Made by a program: the position numbers and the translations under genes. A DNA stretch of 63,757 nt, the filler included. It is 8 parts of 8 records of this genome, joined end to end, with 100 filler letters (N's around TTAATTAATTAA, not from the genome) between each part and the next. Parts side by side here need not be neighbours in the genome. Positions count along the whole stretch, not along the records: positions 24,049 to 34,768 come from SRR7504441_2197; positions 34,869 to 39,666 come from SRR7504441_2198; positions 39,767 to 45,758 come from SRR7504441_2204; positions 45,859 to 49,859 come from SRR7504441_2212; 4 more parts are not named here. One strand, written 5' to 3'. A model generated the notes under the pieces. That model saw only the letters and a program-made list of their open reading frames with translations, did not search any database and had not been told where the DNA came from. Of the stretch, positions 33,601 through 45,984 are shown piece by piece (within the stretch, counting starts at the first letter, position 1; every line of letters begins with the position of its first letter).

Positions 33601-33675
33601 AACCGGCAATTATCGGCCCAAAGAGCCGGGTACTCCGCGTCTACACCCTGCGGGGCGTCCGCGCCAAATCACCGA

Positions 33676-34599
33676 ATGCTGAACCTCTACTTAGTGGCAG
33701 CGGGCGGGCTCACCGCGGCCGGCTGGTTGTGGCTGGTGCACCGCACCGCCAGCTTCCAGCGGGCGCGATCGGCCGAGGCCGACGACCGGCTGCCTCTGGT
33801 CAATTGGCGCCGGCGGTTGCTTGCGGCCACTGTCTTCAGGCTGGATGACCCGGCGGCCGTGCTGGCCAAAGCGGCTGCGATCCGGGAGGCGGTCGAGGCG
33901 GCGGGCGGGGCGGCGGTATACGCCGGGCGTGTGGTCTTCCACGGAGTGCTGTCGGAGCAGGCTGACACGGCCGGCTGTTGGGACGGGGTGTTCATCTCGG
34001 CCTGGGACAACCGCGCACAGTTCGACAAGGCAGTACAACGGACCAGGCTCGGGCAGGAACTCAGCCCCAGCCCGGGTACTCCGGCAGTCTACACCTGCGG
34101 GGCGTCTGCGCTGCCGTCCTCGCTGCTGCCCGGGATCGGACTAGCGCTGCTCCGAGCGGCCAACTGGGTGCGGTGCAAGCCTTCTGTGCTGCCATTCGAG
34201 CCGCTGCCGGAGTCGCTGCCGGAGAAGGCCGCTCGTATTGCGGGGGAGCTGGATGAGGATATTGCCAGCCGTGGGCCGGAGGAGGGACGGGCTTTGTGCA
34301 TTCTGAACTTGATCAAAAAGAGCGCTGACAAGGCCAAAGCGAACGCTGACAGTGAGTACGTTATGCAGATGGTGAACATGTTTGCCGAGTGCAACGCTGG
34401 GCCGCTGCACATCGGATCAGCGGTGTTGCTGGAGGGTTCCAGCGAGTGGGATACGGTGGCGCTGGTGAGGTATCCGTCCAAGAGGTTCTTTGGTGAGTTG
34501 ATCAGGTCGAAGTTTATGCTCTCGGATGAGGTCGGCAAGAAGAAGCAGCTCGGGGACAGCCTGGCGGTCGCCACCATCCCGATCTTGTCCTCTCTCTAG
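33676..34599 (+). CDS. Membrane-anchored tandem DUF1330-like (dimeric alpha-beta barrel) protein
   Basis: Intronless; N-terminal TM; two related units (GGAAVYAG..WDGVFISAW and AGPLHIG..WDTVALVRYPS..F); ILNLIK motif. Confidence 0.65.
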   Translation: MLNLYLVAAGGLTAAGWLWLVHRTASFQRARSAEADDRLPLVNWRRRLLAATVFRLDDPAAVLAKAAAIREAVEAAGGAAVYAGRVVFHGVLSEQADTAGCWDGVFISAWDNRAQFDKAVQRTRLGQELSPSPGTPAVYTCGASALPSSLLPGIGLALLRAANWVRCKPSVLPFEPLPESLPEKAARIAGELDEDIASRGPEEGRALCILNLIKKSADKAKANADSEYVMQMVNMFAECNAGPLHIGSAVLLEGSSEWDTVALVRYPSKRFFGELIRSKFMLSDEVGKKKQLGDSLAVATIPILSSL

Positions 34600-34768
34600 G
34601 GATCACATTCTCAAAACGCTCACATGACACATGTACATACAATCATGACTTCAGTTATTGTAATCAGGCAATTAAAATGCGTCAACTGATCAGTCATCGT
34701 CTGACTTCTGACTTCACCGTACTTACTTGCAAGTCATGTGAGTACATTTATTAGAAAGTCGGGGCCCT

Positions 34769-34868
34769 NNNNNNNNNNNNNNNNNNNNNNNNNNNNNNNN
34801 NNNNNNNNNNNNTTAATTAATTAANNNNNNNNNNNNNNNNNNNNNNNNNNNNNNNNNNNNNNNNNNNN
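34769..34868. other. Artificial contig linker
   Basis: N-run with TTAATTAATTAA. Confidence 0.98.
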
Positions 34869-37235
34869 AAACCTGTAAGACCGACATCTTCTCCTGCAAG
34901 AGCTCAAACTTATCGAAGAACCGCTCCTCTATCGCTCGCCGCTGCATCTCAACCTCTGAGATCTCCTGCAAGGTGGGGGATCAGCGCCACCAGCCACATT
35001 GTCACCTCCGTCGTTTCCACCCGGAGGTTACCATCCTCATCATCTAGCTTATTCTGTGGATCGTCAGGCTCCCTCTGCGACCAGTCCTGGTTCTCTGCCA
35101 TCTCTTCATCATCGTCCCGACCAGTGCATATCCATCGAAGGCAGCTAAACGGACCAAGCTGGCGGCACTTGCGCGGATACTCACAGAAGACGATACGCAG
35201 TCTCTGCAACAGAGCTCAGGGCTTGTTGCAGCCGGCCAGCAACCGTCAGTAGTGGGTCAAAGTCTATGAATGGAGTCATCTCGATATCTCTGTAGATAAG
35301 CCGGTAGTTGGTGACGAGGATTGCCACAAACATGGTGAACAAGATATAGATCATTATAAACAGGAAGAGGGCCAGCATGATTCTGCCATCCTGAGCACCC
35401 CTAGTGAAAACTCGCCCAGCCGGCACTAGTGCCTCGTCCACAGCCGCTATCCCGAGAGCAAATGTGTTAACGTTCGTGTTTCCCACCAAATTCATAAAGA
35501 GGTACAGCCTGTCAGCCTGGTGAGTGGCAAGCGCTCCCCGCATAGCTTACAGGCCGTCCACGAATGTCTGCACCTCGGCTACGTAAAGATAGTATTGTGC
35601 ACAGAACATTTGCACGAACCCGATCATGATCATGAAGGCAGTAATGCAAAACACCCACATCGATGCGCTCTGCCGCGCAATAGATCGGTAGCCGATAGCC
35701 GGGCAGCCACACCGCATTGATCACTCGAATAGGGTAGCTGGCCAGCGGGAACATTGGCCTGAGCACCCATAGAAGCTTGACATAAAGCAGAAATAGTTGA
35801 ATCCCCAGCATGATACGCCAGAACCAAATAGCTTGCAGCGCATATGCAGCCGACAACACTCTGGAGAGCTCGGGCTGCTCGGGGAACGGATCGTCGTCAT
35901 CTCCAAATATCTGAAACGAGAAGGGCGCGTCTTGCCACGAGGCTGTCACACAACGGCTCAGCACGAGCGGCAAGCTAGTGTGTGACTGAAAGATTCAATG
36001 TTCAGGTCCTCCACATTGGCCTGGACTTCCAAGTAAGCGCCGAGCGCTATAAACCATATCTGCCGCCTGTCAGTGCCCAGCAGCCCGGCGCGCGCACAAT
36101 GGTGCTGATAGAATCGAGCCAGCGAATGGACTGATCCAGGAACAAACTGCGTAGCGAGCAAATCTGCCAGAGCAAGTACACTAGGGAGAGCGCTCCGCAT
36201 ATGGTGAAGAAGAGCAAGCACTGTCCCGGCTAGGGCCAAGCCGGCGGCTGAGGACGCACCGTTGGGTTCTCGGGGATAAAGACCTGAGTGTTGGCCTCAC
36301 TCAGTACCCGGCCTGTCTGATCGAAATAGAAGGTCAGCATCCCCTGCAGAACAGCCTCGCGCACAGCCGGCCGCAGCAGCACCAGAAACAGGCTATCGTC
36401 GTTGAGGAATGTGCCGTAGACCCGGATGGCTCGGGTGGATTCCGGCTCGTTCCAGTGGGAGGACGTGTTGAACAGCACGGTGCTAACCTACACAACCGGC
36501 TCAGCCATCCCACCCCCGGGAGCTACGTCCGCCGACGCCTGGGCGGCGGTAGTACTGGGCTTCCACGCCCAGTAGTATCCTGCATATGGGAAGAAGCGCC
36601 CGTTGGTTGTGGCGTCGCCGCTCGCATCAGCGTAGCTCTGAGTCTTGGTGGTCCCGTCGGCAGCTATATAGCTGTAGTCGCCGCTGCGGTAGTCTGTGGA
36701 CCACTGGGATTCTAACAGCGACTGGAACACAAAGATGTCCCCCAGCCGCGTATACGCCTGGCCCCTTGCTGAGCGCCGCAGCAGCTGTCCGCCGCACATT
36801 GTCTTTGAGCGTCACTCCTGGCCAACCGTACTGGGTGTAGGAGCTATCCCTGGAGGGGGTGAGCCACCGCTGAGCCCGGGGGGGGCACAGGTTGGTGAGC
36901 GGATCGGTGCTGTTGTAATTCACAAAGTTCGGGATGAAGACGTCGTTCAGAAACTTGGCAACGTCAGCCACCGAATTGACCTGCCGGCCCGGGTGCGGTC
37001 GCCGGGCGCGGGCGGGCACCTCGCTGAGGCCGTCGTGGACCAGCTCGGCGGCCGATTGGGTGTTAGCAGGCTCGGTCCAGAATCCGTCCATCTGACGGTT
37101 CCAGTTGTAGTTTATCCAGTACGCCCGCTCAAGCTGCCGGCTGGCCCCGAAAGCCATCACGTTGAGCACAATGAACCAGGTGAAGTAGTTCAGGTACACC
37201 AGCGTCGGTGTCGGGCTCTCGCGTCCGCATCCCAT
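34869..37235 (-). CDS. Polycystin-2 (PKD2/TRPP)-like cation channel, many introns, 3' end missing
   Basis: TM1 followed by a large loop (VNSVADVAKFL, STRAIRVYGTFLN, LTFYFDQTGRV), S4-like YVKLLWVLR and S6-like IYILFTMFVAILVTNY. Confidence 0.72.
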
Positions 37236-37314
37236 CTAGACGACGCGGACCTTAGGTTGGCCCTGCGCCGCAGCGGCAGAGGGTGCGTGGTGTCTCAAAG
37301 CTGGCGAGGCTCTT

Positions 37315-37320
37315 CCGTTA
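37315..37320 (-). promoter_or_regulatory. YAACGG element upstream of the PKD2-like gene
   Basis: TTCCGTTA about 80 bp upstream of the ATG at 37235. Confidence 0.5.
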
Positions 37321-37411
37321 GAGTCGGCCAGGCCGCAGCAAACCTCTACTTACGACTCGCGCCTATCGTGTAATTAATAAGACTAACTACATTGCCATGC
37401 GCCGCATGCAA

Positions 37412-38419
37412 TCATCCGGGCTGTTCATCTGATTCTAAGCGACTTAGCAGCAGTGCCGAGCCATCCACGTGTGGTCGATCAGTCTTCCCCGACCTCCGCA
37501 TCCTACGACTCCATGCAACCGCCACCAGATTCGGCGCAGCCTCGGCCGACCTAAGCACTCGCACCGGGCCAAAGTGCTTCTCCAGCTGCCGAGTAGCCAG
37601 TTCGGCCACCTCACACTCCGGCGTGCCTTGGCATGGCAGCAGGTTTATCACTAGCACGCCGCTCACAACCGCTTTGAGGTGCCGCAGCACCGGTTCGCTC
37701 AGCATATGCGGCGGCGGGGCCGCTAGCCCTGCCCCCGCTGGCTGGCAGCCCGGGCCTCCGTCCCACCCTCGGCCGCTCCGCTGTTGATATCCACGAGCAC
37801 ACCATCAAACCTTGAGCCCATCCGAGCCCAGCGCGCCACCGCCTCCGCCGCCTGCGCATGGTACAGCCGGAGCCGCCGGTCCGTCGGCAGCTGCCGGCCT
37901 GCGACTCAGCACCAGCCGGCGCCGGGCGGGCACCGCAAAGCAGCTGGTGGCCACCCTGAGCACCTCAGCTTCGGCGTCCACAGCGTGTATTCGGCAGCGC
38001 GGGAGTGCCCCCCGGCAAAAGTGGGCCAGCCCACCGCCGCCCAGCCCGAGCACGAGCAGCTGGGCGCTGGCCGGTAGGCTGGGGTGCTCGCACAGCCCGC
38101 GAGCCATCAGACGGTGGTACGCCAGCCGCAACTCGCACCGCACCGCGGCCTCCGGCCGCCCCCGCTGGCAGGGGTCTGCCAGGGCCAGCTCGGACTGTAT
38201 TTCGGTCGAGACCCACTCGCCGGCCTGTTTGGCGTAGAACCGGAGCCGGCGGACCTGCCCGGCCTGCAGCACCCGGGCTCGCTGGGCCTCCAGCTCGGCC
38301 GCGTCGTCCTCCGGCGATACAGGCCCGCAGGCGGCCGACGGCGCTGCGGGCGGCGAAGCGGGCTCGTCCAGCACCGCCAGCAGCCCACCGCCGCCGCAGT
38401 GCGCCGAGTGCACGAGCAT
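37412..38419 (-). CDS. Spermidine-synthase-fold SAM methyltransferase (METTL13 C-terminal-like)
   Basis: LAYHRLM, LLVLGLGGGGLAHF, IHAVDAEAEVLRVA..F, LVDI, APPPHML, GVLVINL; contains short introns. Confidence 0.72.
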
Positions 38420-38531
38420 CGAAGACCCCAGTGCCGGTGCACGTTCGCACAGGCCGTCCTTTCTTTTTATTCGTGCTGCAGCTGCAGAGCGACCGAAACA
38501 GCACCCCGCGGCGCGGTGTCTCAGGCCGGGG

Positions 38532-39666
38532 ATGGAGTTCGTGCCGCAGCGCACGTTCGAGTACCCGAGCGCCCGGCTGAACGGCTACCTGGACCGGCTG
38601 GCCGTGCAAGACGAGACCGCGCTGGCTGACCTGGCCCGGCTGCTCGGGGACCCCGGCAGCGGACTGACTGCCAATGACCTCGAGACGCTGGTGCGCGGCG
38701 CCCGGGCCCGACCGAGCCCCGGCGGCAGCACGTCAGCTCGCGAATGAACAGGTTTGTCACCCGGAGTACTACGCTCAGAGACAACAAGCGGCGCTGGAAT
38801 CTGTACAGGAGCTGGTTTTTCAAGGAGGGGGTGGGCAGGCCCGGCAGCACCATCTCTGAGGGTTGCTGGCAGGATGTGCCCGAGCAGCTGCGCCCTGGCT
38901 CGCCAGCGCTGCTACCAGGCGGCCCCGGCGTGGTGCCCCGGCCGATTTTAAAGCTAGCCCGGCCGGTGAGCATTCGGGCTGTGGCCGTCTGATGAGCAGG
39001 CGTCCAGGTGCCTCCACTGTGCGAATTGAAGATAGAGACCCCTCGGGAGCCCAACATGACTGTCCAGGAAATGACGGCTGAGTTTGAAAGGTGGGACGAA
39101 TAGATGGACTAACTGCTGAGCTGGCTCTGCAGTCATGCGGCCAAACTGACGCCACGGGAAGCAGCAGACGTGCAGTGGCCACTTGTTTCGAACAAGATTT
39201 GGAGCGCAGAAGCTGCAAGCTTATACACACAGAGCAGGGAGTTTTGTGAGCAACGCGAACGAGAGGAGAGACGGCTCGAGGAGATAAAAAGGTGCCGCAT
39301 CTGTGATTGTTGTGCTGACACACAGGACAGCCCCGTGAACTCGACACGACCCACAACTGCGGCTGACCTTGCCAAAGATCTCATAGTGGCTAGGCGGAAA
39401 GAGCGAATGCCGATGAAATCTGATCTACTAACTGCATTCCAAAAGTCTCGCCGATGCCAGACTCCTGGTGGACCATGGCAATCAAGCTCCCGGCCTATAT
39501 CACGTGAGCAGTTTGCCGAGGATCAAACTCGAACACTTGATGCAATGGATCGAGCGCTCCTGCATACACTACCAGCCCTGCATGAAGGAATTTCCAGGGA
39601 AAAGGCTCAATGGTCCGCTCACATTCCCAACCGCACTGCAGGAGAAGATGTCGGTCTTACAGGTTT
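38532..39666 (+). CDS. Hypothetical protein (introns; 3' end lost at contig edge)
   Basis: Successive ORFs can be joined through short introns; divergent partner of the methyltransferase. Confidence 0.5.
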
Positions 39667-39766
39667 NNNNNNNNNNNNNNNNNNNNNNNNNNNNNNNNNN
39701 NNNNNNNNNNTTAATTAATTAANNNNNNNNNNNNNNNNNNNNNNNNNNNNNNNNNNNNNNNNNNNN
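39667..39766. other. Artificial contig linker
   Basis: N-run with TTAATTAATTAA. Confidence 0.98.
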
Positions 39767-39890
39767 CGCCTTCAATGTCTTTGAGAATCATAAGTAAAGG
39801 CTTATTACATGTAATCATTAAAATGATTTACAACTCTTTTAATAATAAGAATACAACACAAAGATAGTTATGGCCGCTGCTTGGCAGCTC

Positions 39891-42800
39891 CTACAGGCCA
39901 TCTTTGTGGAATCTGCTACTGTCTAGGTCTTTGTCGAGCGCGTCTTTGTCATAAGCGTAGGCTTGCCAGCCGATAGCCCCGGGTCTATTGCTCCAAGGCG
40001 TACTAGAGTTTGCCCGCTGGTGCAGCACATCGAGATCATGCATGCTCATCGGCATGATCTCGATTTCGCCGTGCTCATCCTCGAGTGTCTTTTCATCCGC
40101 AGGATATTGTTGCAGCACTTTCAGGTGTTCGTTTGTCATCTCAGTAATCTCGAGCTTCTCGAGCGCATGATCATGATCAATGCACCATCCAGTCTGTTCA
40201 CTCAGGTCCTCATCCTCCACTGGACAGAGACCAGGCGCCTGACTCATCACTACTGCGACAACAGCGTCACGGTCATCTTGCCGTCTCAAGCTGTGCAGAA
40301 GTCGTTCTATCCTGCTTGAAACCGCATCAAGAGGGACATTTCGCCTAAAGAGCCATATGCCCAAAGCTACTATCCCACATAAGCTTGCGAAAACGACCAA
40401 GGTCACGAAACCAAAGTCCAGGTCAATCAGAATGAATGCGGTCATGGTCCAGTTTAGTGTGAGCGATATGGCGAAAAAGCTCCGCAAGGGCAATTGTACC
40501 ATTACACTTGCAGCTAGCACCACGCCAAACGGCCTACGATCGTGCTTGCAAATGTAGGTGTTGGCGCACATGTAGATCCATACCAAGAGCGGCTGCAGGA
40601 GCAGCAATACTGGCACCAAACTGCCAAAGACGGCTGCAATCATCGGGACAGTTAGCATCTTCACCACATTGTACTGCACGTCGAATGCGATTCTGTGGGT
40701 TTCTTCAAGCATATCCTCCGATCTGAACCATGAGGTTACATCATCCGACAAGGCAGCGATCTGCATGGGCGTGAGGTCCTGGTCTGCCGCGAGATCAACA
40801 GTCAGTGGGCGTGGTGCGTTAGTTAGCTGGTCCAAAATCCACTCGTAGGGCCTAGCGACCGCATAGACGCCCTGGATGCGAAGAAGCCGCATCCCCCGAC
40901 GGATCTTCTTTGGCTTTGCAGCCGTATAAACTCTATCCACCACAGCACCGCCGTGGCCATCCAGCGGAGGCTGGATCGTGAACTCTGGCGGCATTCCTTC
41001 CTCCAAAATCATCGTCACCTCTCTCAAAGGGGTGGGATTCGGGCCGACATCCTCCTTCTTTTTAGCCAATAGACTCTTGACGGCATCTAGCAGTCGGATT
41101 GTGACGGGTAGTTGCATCAGAAGCCATCGCGCTGGGGCAAAGAAAATGATGATCATCGACATTTCAAGCCACACCTGAAAGGCAAATTAAGTGGGCAAAC
41201 AAACGGCCAGGCGCAGCGCACATAGCAGAATTCAGAAACGAGTTGGCGGGAGCAAAACCCCAAGCGGTACGAATTGAAACCCGTATCGCCGATCCCCCAT
41301 GCTATAAATAGACCATGAAGGTCGGCGTCAAACCACAGATAGTACCTGCCCCACTGCTGATCTCCAGCCTAAGATTGGTCTTACCGCAGGCAAAGCTCGT
41401 CGAGCACGAAAACTGCGATGATTGGAGCCAGCAGGACACTGAGGACGTTGATGATCAGCGCGGTGTTGGCTTGCGTTTTATAGTATCGAAGCAAGTCTGG
41501 GTGACCGCTGTGGATTGTGCCCTTGATGCCATAGCGAAAGCGCGCCAGCCATCTGGTGCTTGGAGGAACTAAAAATGATTGGAAGAAGAGATTTGCTCCG
41601 GTGACAAACAGCGAATTGGCACAAAGCTCGGCAATGAATCCCATCTCGGATTTCGAAACATTGAGAGCCAATACATCTGCCAGAACAGAGCTATTTGTAA
41701 GCGCACCAGGATGCCAAGGCGCTACAATCTCTAGCAGGCTACTCACAAGCACATGAGGGGGATGAGGCTAAGAGGATCAATGGAATGTGAAGAAGCCAGC
41801 ATACAGTTGACCGGAATATAACAGCTGGCTGGAACAGGGATTCTTCCCTATCCTCCAACCCGACTGCTTGCTTCCAGTCGGCCACTGCCATCCCAGCCAC
41901 CAAAGTGTTCACGTCAAGCTCGTTCAGACACTTGAGTGCTGACATTGATAAGTGGGTGCGCTGCTCACTAATCAGTAAGAGACCCTGAAGAAATGGTACT
42001 GTGGAACTCAGGCAAGCAAGCACAACAAAAGCAAGTGCGTAGCCCGGGTCTGGCAGGATAGGGCTAATGGTCGTCCGAACAAGCAGGTCGCTGGTATCAT
42101 AGCGGTCATAGATGCCTTCGGTAGAAAGATTCAAGACTAGAAGCGCGAGGCCGAGAAGTGATAGCAACAGTGAACCAATCCAGATTCGGTTCACCACAAA
42201 CGCGACAATATCCCTTCCGAGATGTAAGTTCTGGTCACCCCTGGAGCAGCAAGGACACAGGTACGCACCCAGCCGAGCAGCAAGACCTGAGCTCGACTCT
42301 TGACTTGGCCATAGTGCCAAGAGTACAGCAACCGCATAGACAAGCACCAAAAGAGGTGCCAGCACCCACAGGAACATTTTCGCACGAGTGTGGCCACTGA
42401 ATAGCCCGTGCCTGCAATCAGGTAACACGTCAGACAGCGAGCACTGCACTGGGGGTATACCTTCCCTCACGAATTCGATCCTTCGTCAATAAATTCCCGG
42501 CTGGGTTCGGAGGCAACACTGATGCTGCTACAGTGAGCTCCGGGTTCCCACTGAAGGCCACTGCAAGATTAGTGTAGTTGACAGGAACGATGGTTTGGAA
42601 CGGGCTCGGGAGTATCACCGTAATGACCTGAGATATTACATCCACGGTTGCGAATCCAGCGTCGATGCTTAGTGGATCAAACCCACCATCCGAATACTTC
42701 ATGGCAGTCTGTCCTGGATCGCTGAAATCCCCAGTGCCGAGCCTAGTGGCCCCATTCAAGGCGGCTGCATTGTCGGAAAGGTAATTTGCCGACAGCAAAA

Positions 42801-45576
42801 GGGTCTGGAGGTCGTTGAGCCCATCTAGCATAGTAGTCCTGCCCGTGAAGTAATTCCGCGCCAGTGCTAGCGTATGGAGTGCTGTTAAGCTGACAAAGCT
42901 GTACGGAATTGAGCCGGACAGCTTCAGCCCACTTGCCAGCAGCGCAGTCAATCTCGTAAGTGATCCAAGCGATTCCGGCAGCGTGCCTGACAGTGATGGA
43001 TCGCTGGAGAGTGAAATGATCTCAAGGTTTGGCATTCTGAGCGCAAGGCTATTCTCAATTGTGCCACCCAAGTCGTTGTTATCGAGCAGCAGCGTCTTGA
43101 GGCTGTTGAGCTGCGGCAGAGCTTGCCGGCGCGATAGTGAAGACGACCGCCGTGTTGGCACAGTCCCCGGTAGTTCACACAGGTATATCCGATCGTCATT
43201 ACAACACTGATCGTTCCAGCCAAATAGCGTCGTTCCACAGGTCGAGCCTATTGCTTCACAGGCGTTGCGACCACACGCCACACACCCCCCATCACGTCGT
43301 CGGCGATTTAAAAATGACGCTTCGCTGAACATTTCCCCACAGTCTTCACTACACCCAAAACTGTTACACCCCCCACAGCTGGGCTCGTCCACATTCCAGT
43401 TGCCCCCGCCGGTGCCATCCGCTTCGCAGATCGGCGCCTGGTCAGGATGAGCACTTCCGTCGTCGTCGGTATTGAAGTAGGCGCCCCGACCATCGTATTC
43501 ACTTGTGAAGCATTTGGGTGGACTGCCAGGCCAATTGCCGACCCCATTATCACAGCCACCAGTTCCATGAGAGCAGTCAAAGGTCAGGTCCAGCATGGCT
43601 GCCGCCACCTTGCAAGTAGATGCTGGATCAATGGCGGTGTACCCCGCAGGGCACACATTGGTGTTCTGTGTCCCTCTTTCGACAGTCCCCAGTGTAGCAC
43701 GTTGATTCACAAGTATCGCCGTCGTATCAGTCGGCACCCCGCTGGACGATGTATAGTCGGTGCCAGACACCCAGTAGAAGCAATCTCCCGAATATGAACA
43801 TTCAGCAGAAGTCCCGGCGATTCGGCGCATCCCAAGCCACACGTTATTCGCCGCAAACCCATTCCCAACTAGCATAGTTTGCACGTTTGTGTTGTCCGCT
43901 GTGGTCTGGAGCCAAGCCAAATGACCCCCCAAATCAACACAGCCGTCCCGCGCACTCTCCCAACTAACGGCTGAGTTTACCAAGCAAAAGTATGACGACC
44001 CCGTGCTACTGGCTTTTGGAGTTACGGCACAGCCGGAGTTGGTTGTGGGCGCAGCAGTGGGCGTGGCGGTGGGCGTAGCGGTGGTGGGCGCAGCAGTGGG
44101 CGCATCAGTGGGCGCCCGGGTCGGAATCGGGTCCAGGCTTGAAACCACGCCCCGCAGCCCGCAGTTTTGGAACAGTGCAGTTGCAAGAGAGCCCCAATAG
44201 GCCAAGAGGCCAAGGTCCCAATCGAGCTGCGTGTTGCCAAACAGCGAAATCAGGGTTAGACCTTCCCAATTTTGGAATTCCGGTGAACTCGACCCGCTAA
44301 TTCGGTTTGAATGGAGGCAGAGCTCCTGTAATAAAGTCATCTGGCCCAGGCTGGCCGGAAGACTGCCAGACAGCCGGTTCTCGAACAAATATAAGCGCTG
44401 GAGGCCACTCATCTGGCCCAATTCGGCCGGCATGCTCCCCGATAGGGAGGCTGCGCTCACGTCCAGGCCAACAAGCGCGGTCAACGATGTCATATTTGCC
44501 GGTAGCTGGCCAGAGAATCGGTTGGAACTCATGTGCAGCTGCTCGAGTCCAGTCAAGCTCCCCAAGGTCTCCGGGATGCTGCCCGACAGCGAGTTGGATG
44601 TGCAGATCAAATTGGCCAGCCGAGTCAAGCCGCCCAGGGTCTGAGCAATGCTCCCGGAAAGCCGGTTGGACTGCAGCAATAGCTGTGTCAACTGACTGAG
44701 CCCCCCGATGCTGGGCGGGATACTGCTCGAGAGCGAGTTCTCGTTCAGGAACAGGCGCTGCAAGTCCGTTAGGCTGCTGATATACGAGGGGAAGCTCCCG
44801 GTCAACGAATTCTGAGACACTACCAGCGACTGGAGCTCACTAAGCGAGCTGAGATCTGGCAGAGTGCCAGAAAACCGGTTGGTTTGTACGTACAGGTGCT
44901 GCATTTTGGTCATGCTGGCTATGCCCGCCGGCAATGCCCCGGAGATCGAGTTGTCACTCACCATGAAGTGGTCCATCTCCGGCAGTTCCAGGCTCGCGAG
45001 CAGGGTGCCGGACAGCGAGTTTGAGTTAGCTATAAACTTCTGCATCAGTGTATTGCTATTCAGCGTGCTCGGAATGGTGCCGGAGATCGACATCCGTTGC
45101 ACGTAGATTTGTGTCAACGCGGTCATGCTCCCGAGCTCGGCCGGCAATGCCCCGGAGAGCGAGTTTGAATAGAGTGTCAAAATTCCAAGCTCGGTCAGAG
45201 ATCCGATCTCCGGCGGCAGTGTCCCGCGGAGCCCTTTATCGGGCAGGCTCAGCAACAACACACGGCAGTCCGCCGTACACGTCGTGGTGCCCAAAACCGT
45301 CAGGCACACCGGCGTCGGCACCACGCCCTCCCAGCCCCAGCAGCAATTCGTGCTCCCCCAGTTTTCTTTCGATGTCCAGTTCGGTCCGTCGGTGGCATCA
45401 TAGAGCGCCATCAGTGCAGCCCGGCCATCGGCATCACTGTAGCAGTCTGTGAACGCCGCCGCGGTGGCCCAGCAGAGGCACAACGCCAGCAACCGCACCC
45501 AGCCACCCCCGCCGGGGGGGCGCCGGTCCGCGCTCCGCCCGAGGCCTCGGAGCCGGCGAAGAACCGCCCGCGCCAT
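39891..45576 (-). CDS. LRR receptor-like protein with inserted C-type lectin, multipass TM region and PDZ-like insert (4 introns)
   Basis: Signal peptide, LRRNT (ALMALYDATDGPNW..W), many plant-type LxxNxLSGxIP repeats, PT stalk, CTL motifs (SWESARDGC..GGHLA, VWLG, WND..C..YLCE), further LRRs, then many TMs; four introns join the ORFs ending at 42430, 41739, 41381 and 39891 plus a short exon near 41225-41345. Confidence 0.82.
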
Positions 45577-45684
45577 GCCGGTCGACCGCGCGGGTGGGTC
45601 GGAGAGGGCCAGGGTCTCGCCGGCAGTCACCTCCAGTGTGCGCGGAGCCCCCTCTTGGCCCTCATTTCGCATTGAGGAAAGCTG

Positions 45685-45690
45685 CAACGG
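45685..45690 (+). promoter_or_regulatory. YAACGG element upstream of the LRR gene
   Basis: CAACGGC about 110 bp upstream of the ATG at 45576. Confidence 0.45.
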
Positions 45691-45758
45691 CAGCCATCAA
45701 AGCCCCTGTCCGCCTCTCTGCTGCAGACGCCCACATGCTGCTGGCCTCGACCCACAGT

Positions 45759-45858
45759 NNNNNNNNNNNNNNNNNNNNNNNNNNNNNNNNNNNNNNNNNN
45801 NNTTAATTAATTAANNNNNNNNNNNNNNNNNNNNNNNNNNNNNNNNNNNNNNNNNNNN
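45759..45858. other. Artificial contig linker
   Basis: N-run with TTAATTAATTAA. Confidence 0.98.
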
Positions 45859-45984
45859 CCCGCTTTGCGGCCCCAACCCCTTCGCCCCTTGGCAGCCCAA
45901 GCACTGCGCGCGGGCGGCTCCTCAATTTTTCCTGGATTGGCAGCAGGCGAGGACTCGTCAGTTGTCTTGAGAGGATTTGGCGCC

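Noticed and set aside
44040-44120. Tandem GC-rich repeats here and at 3680-3745
   Set aside because: They encode ordinary Pro/Thr/Ala mucin-like stalks.
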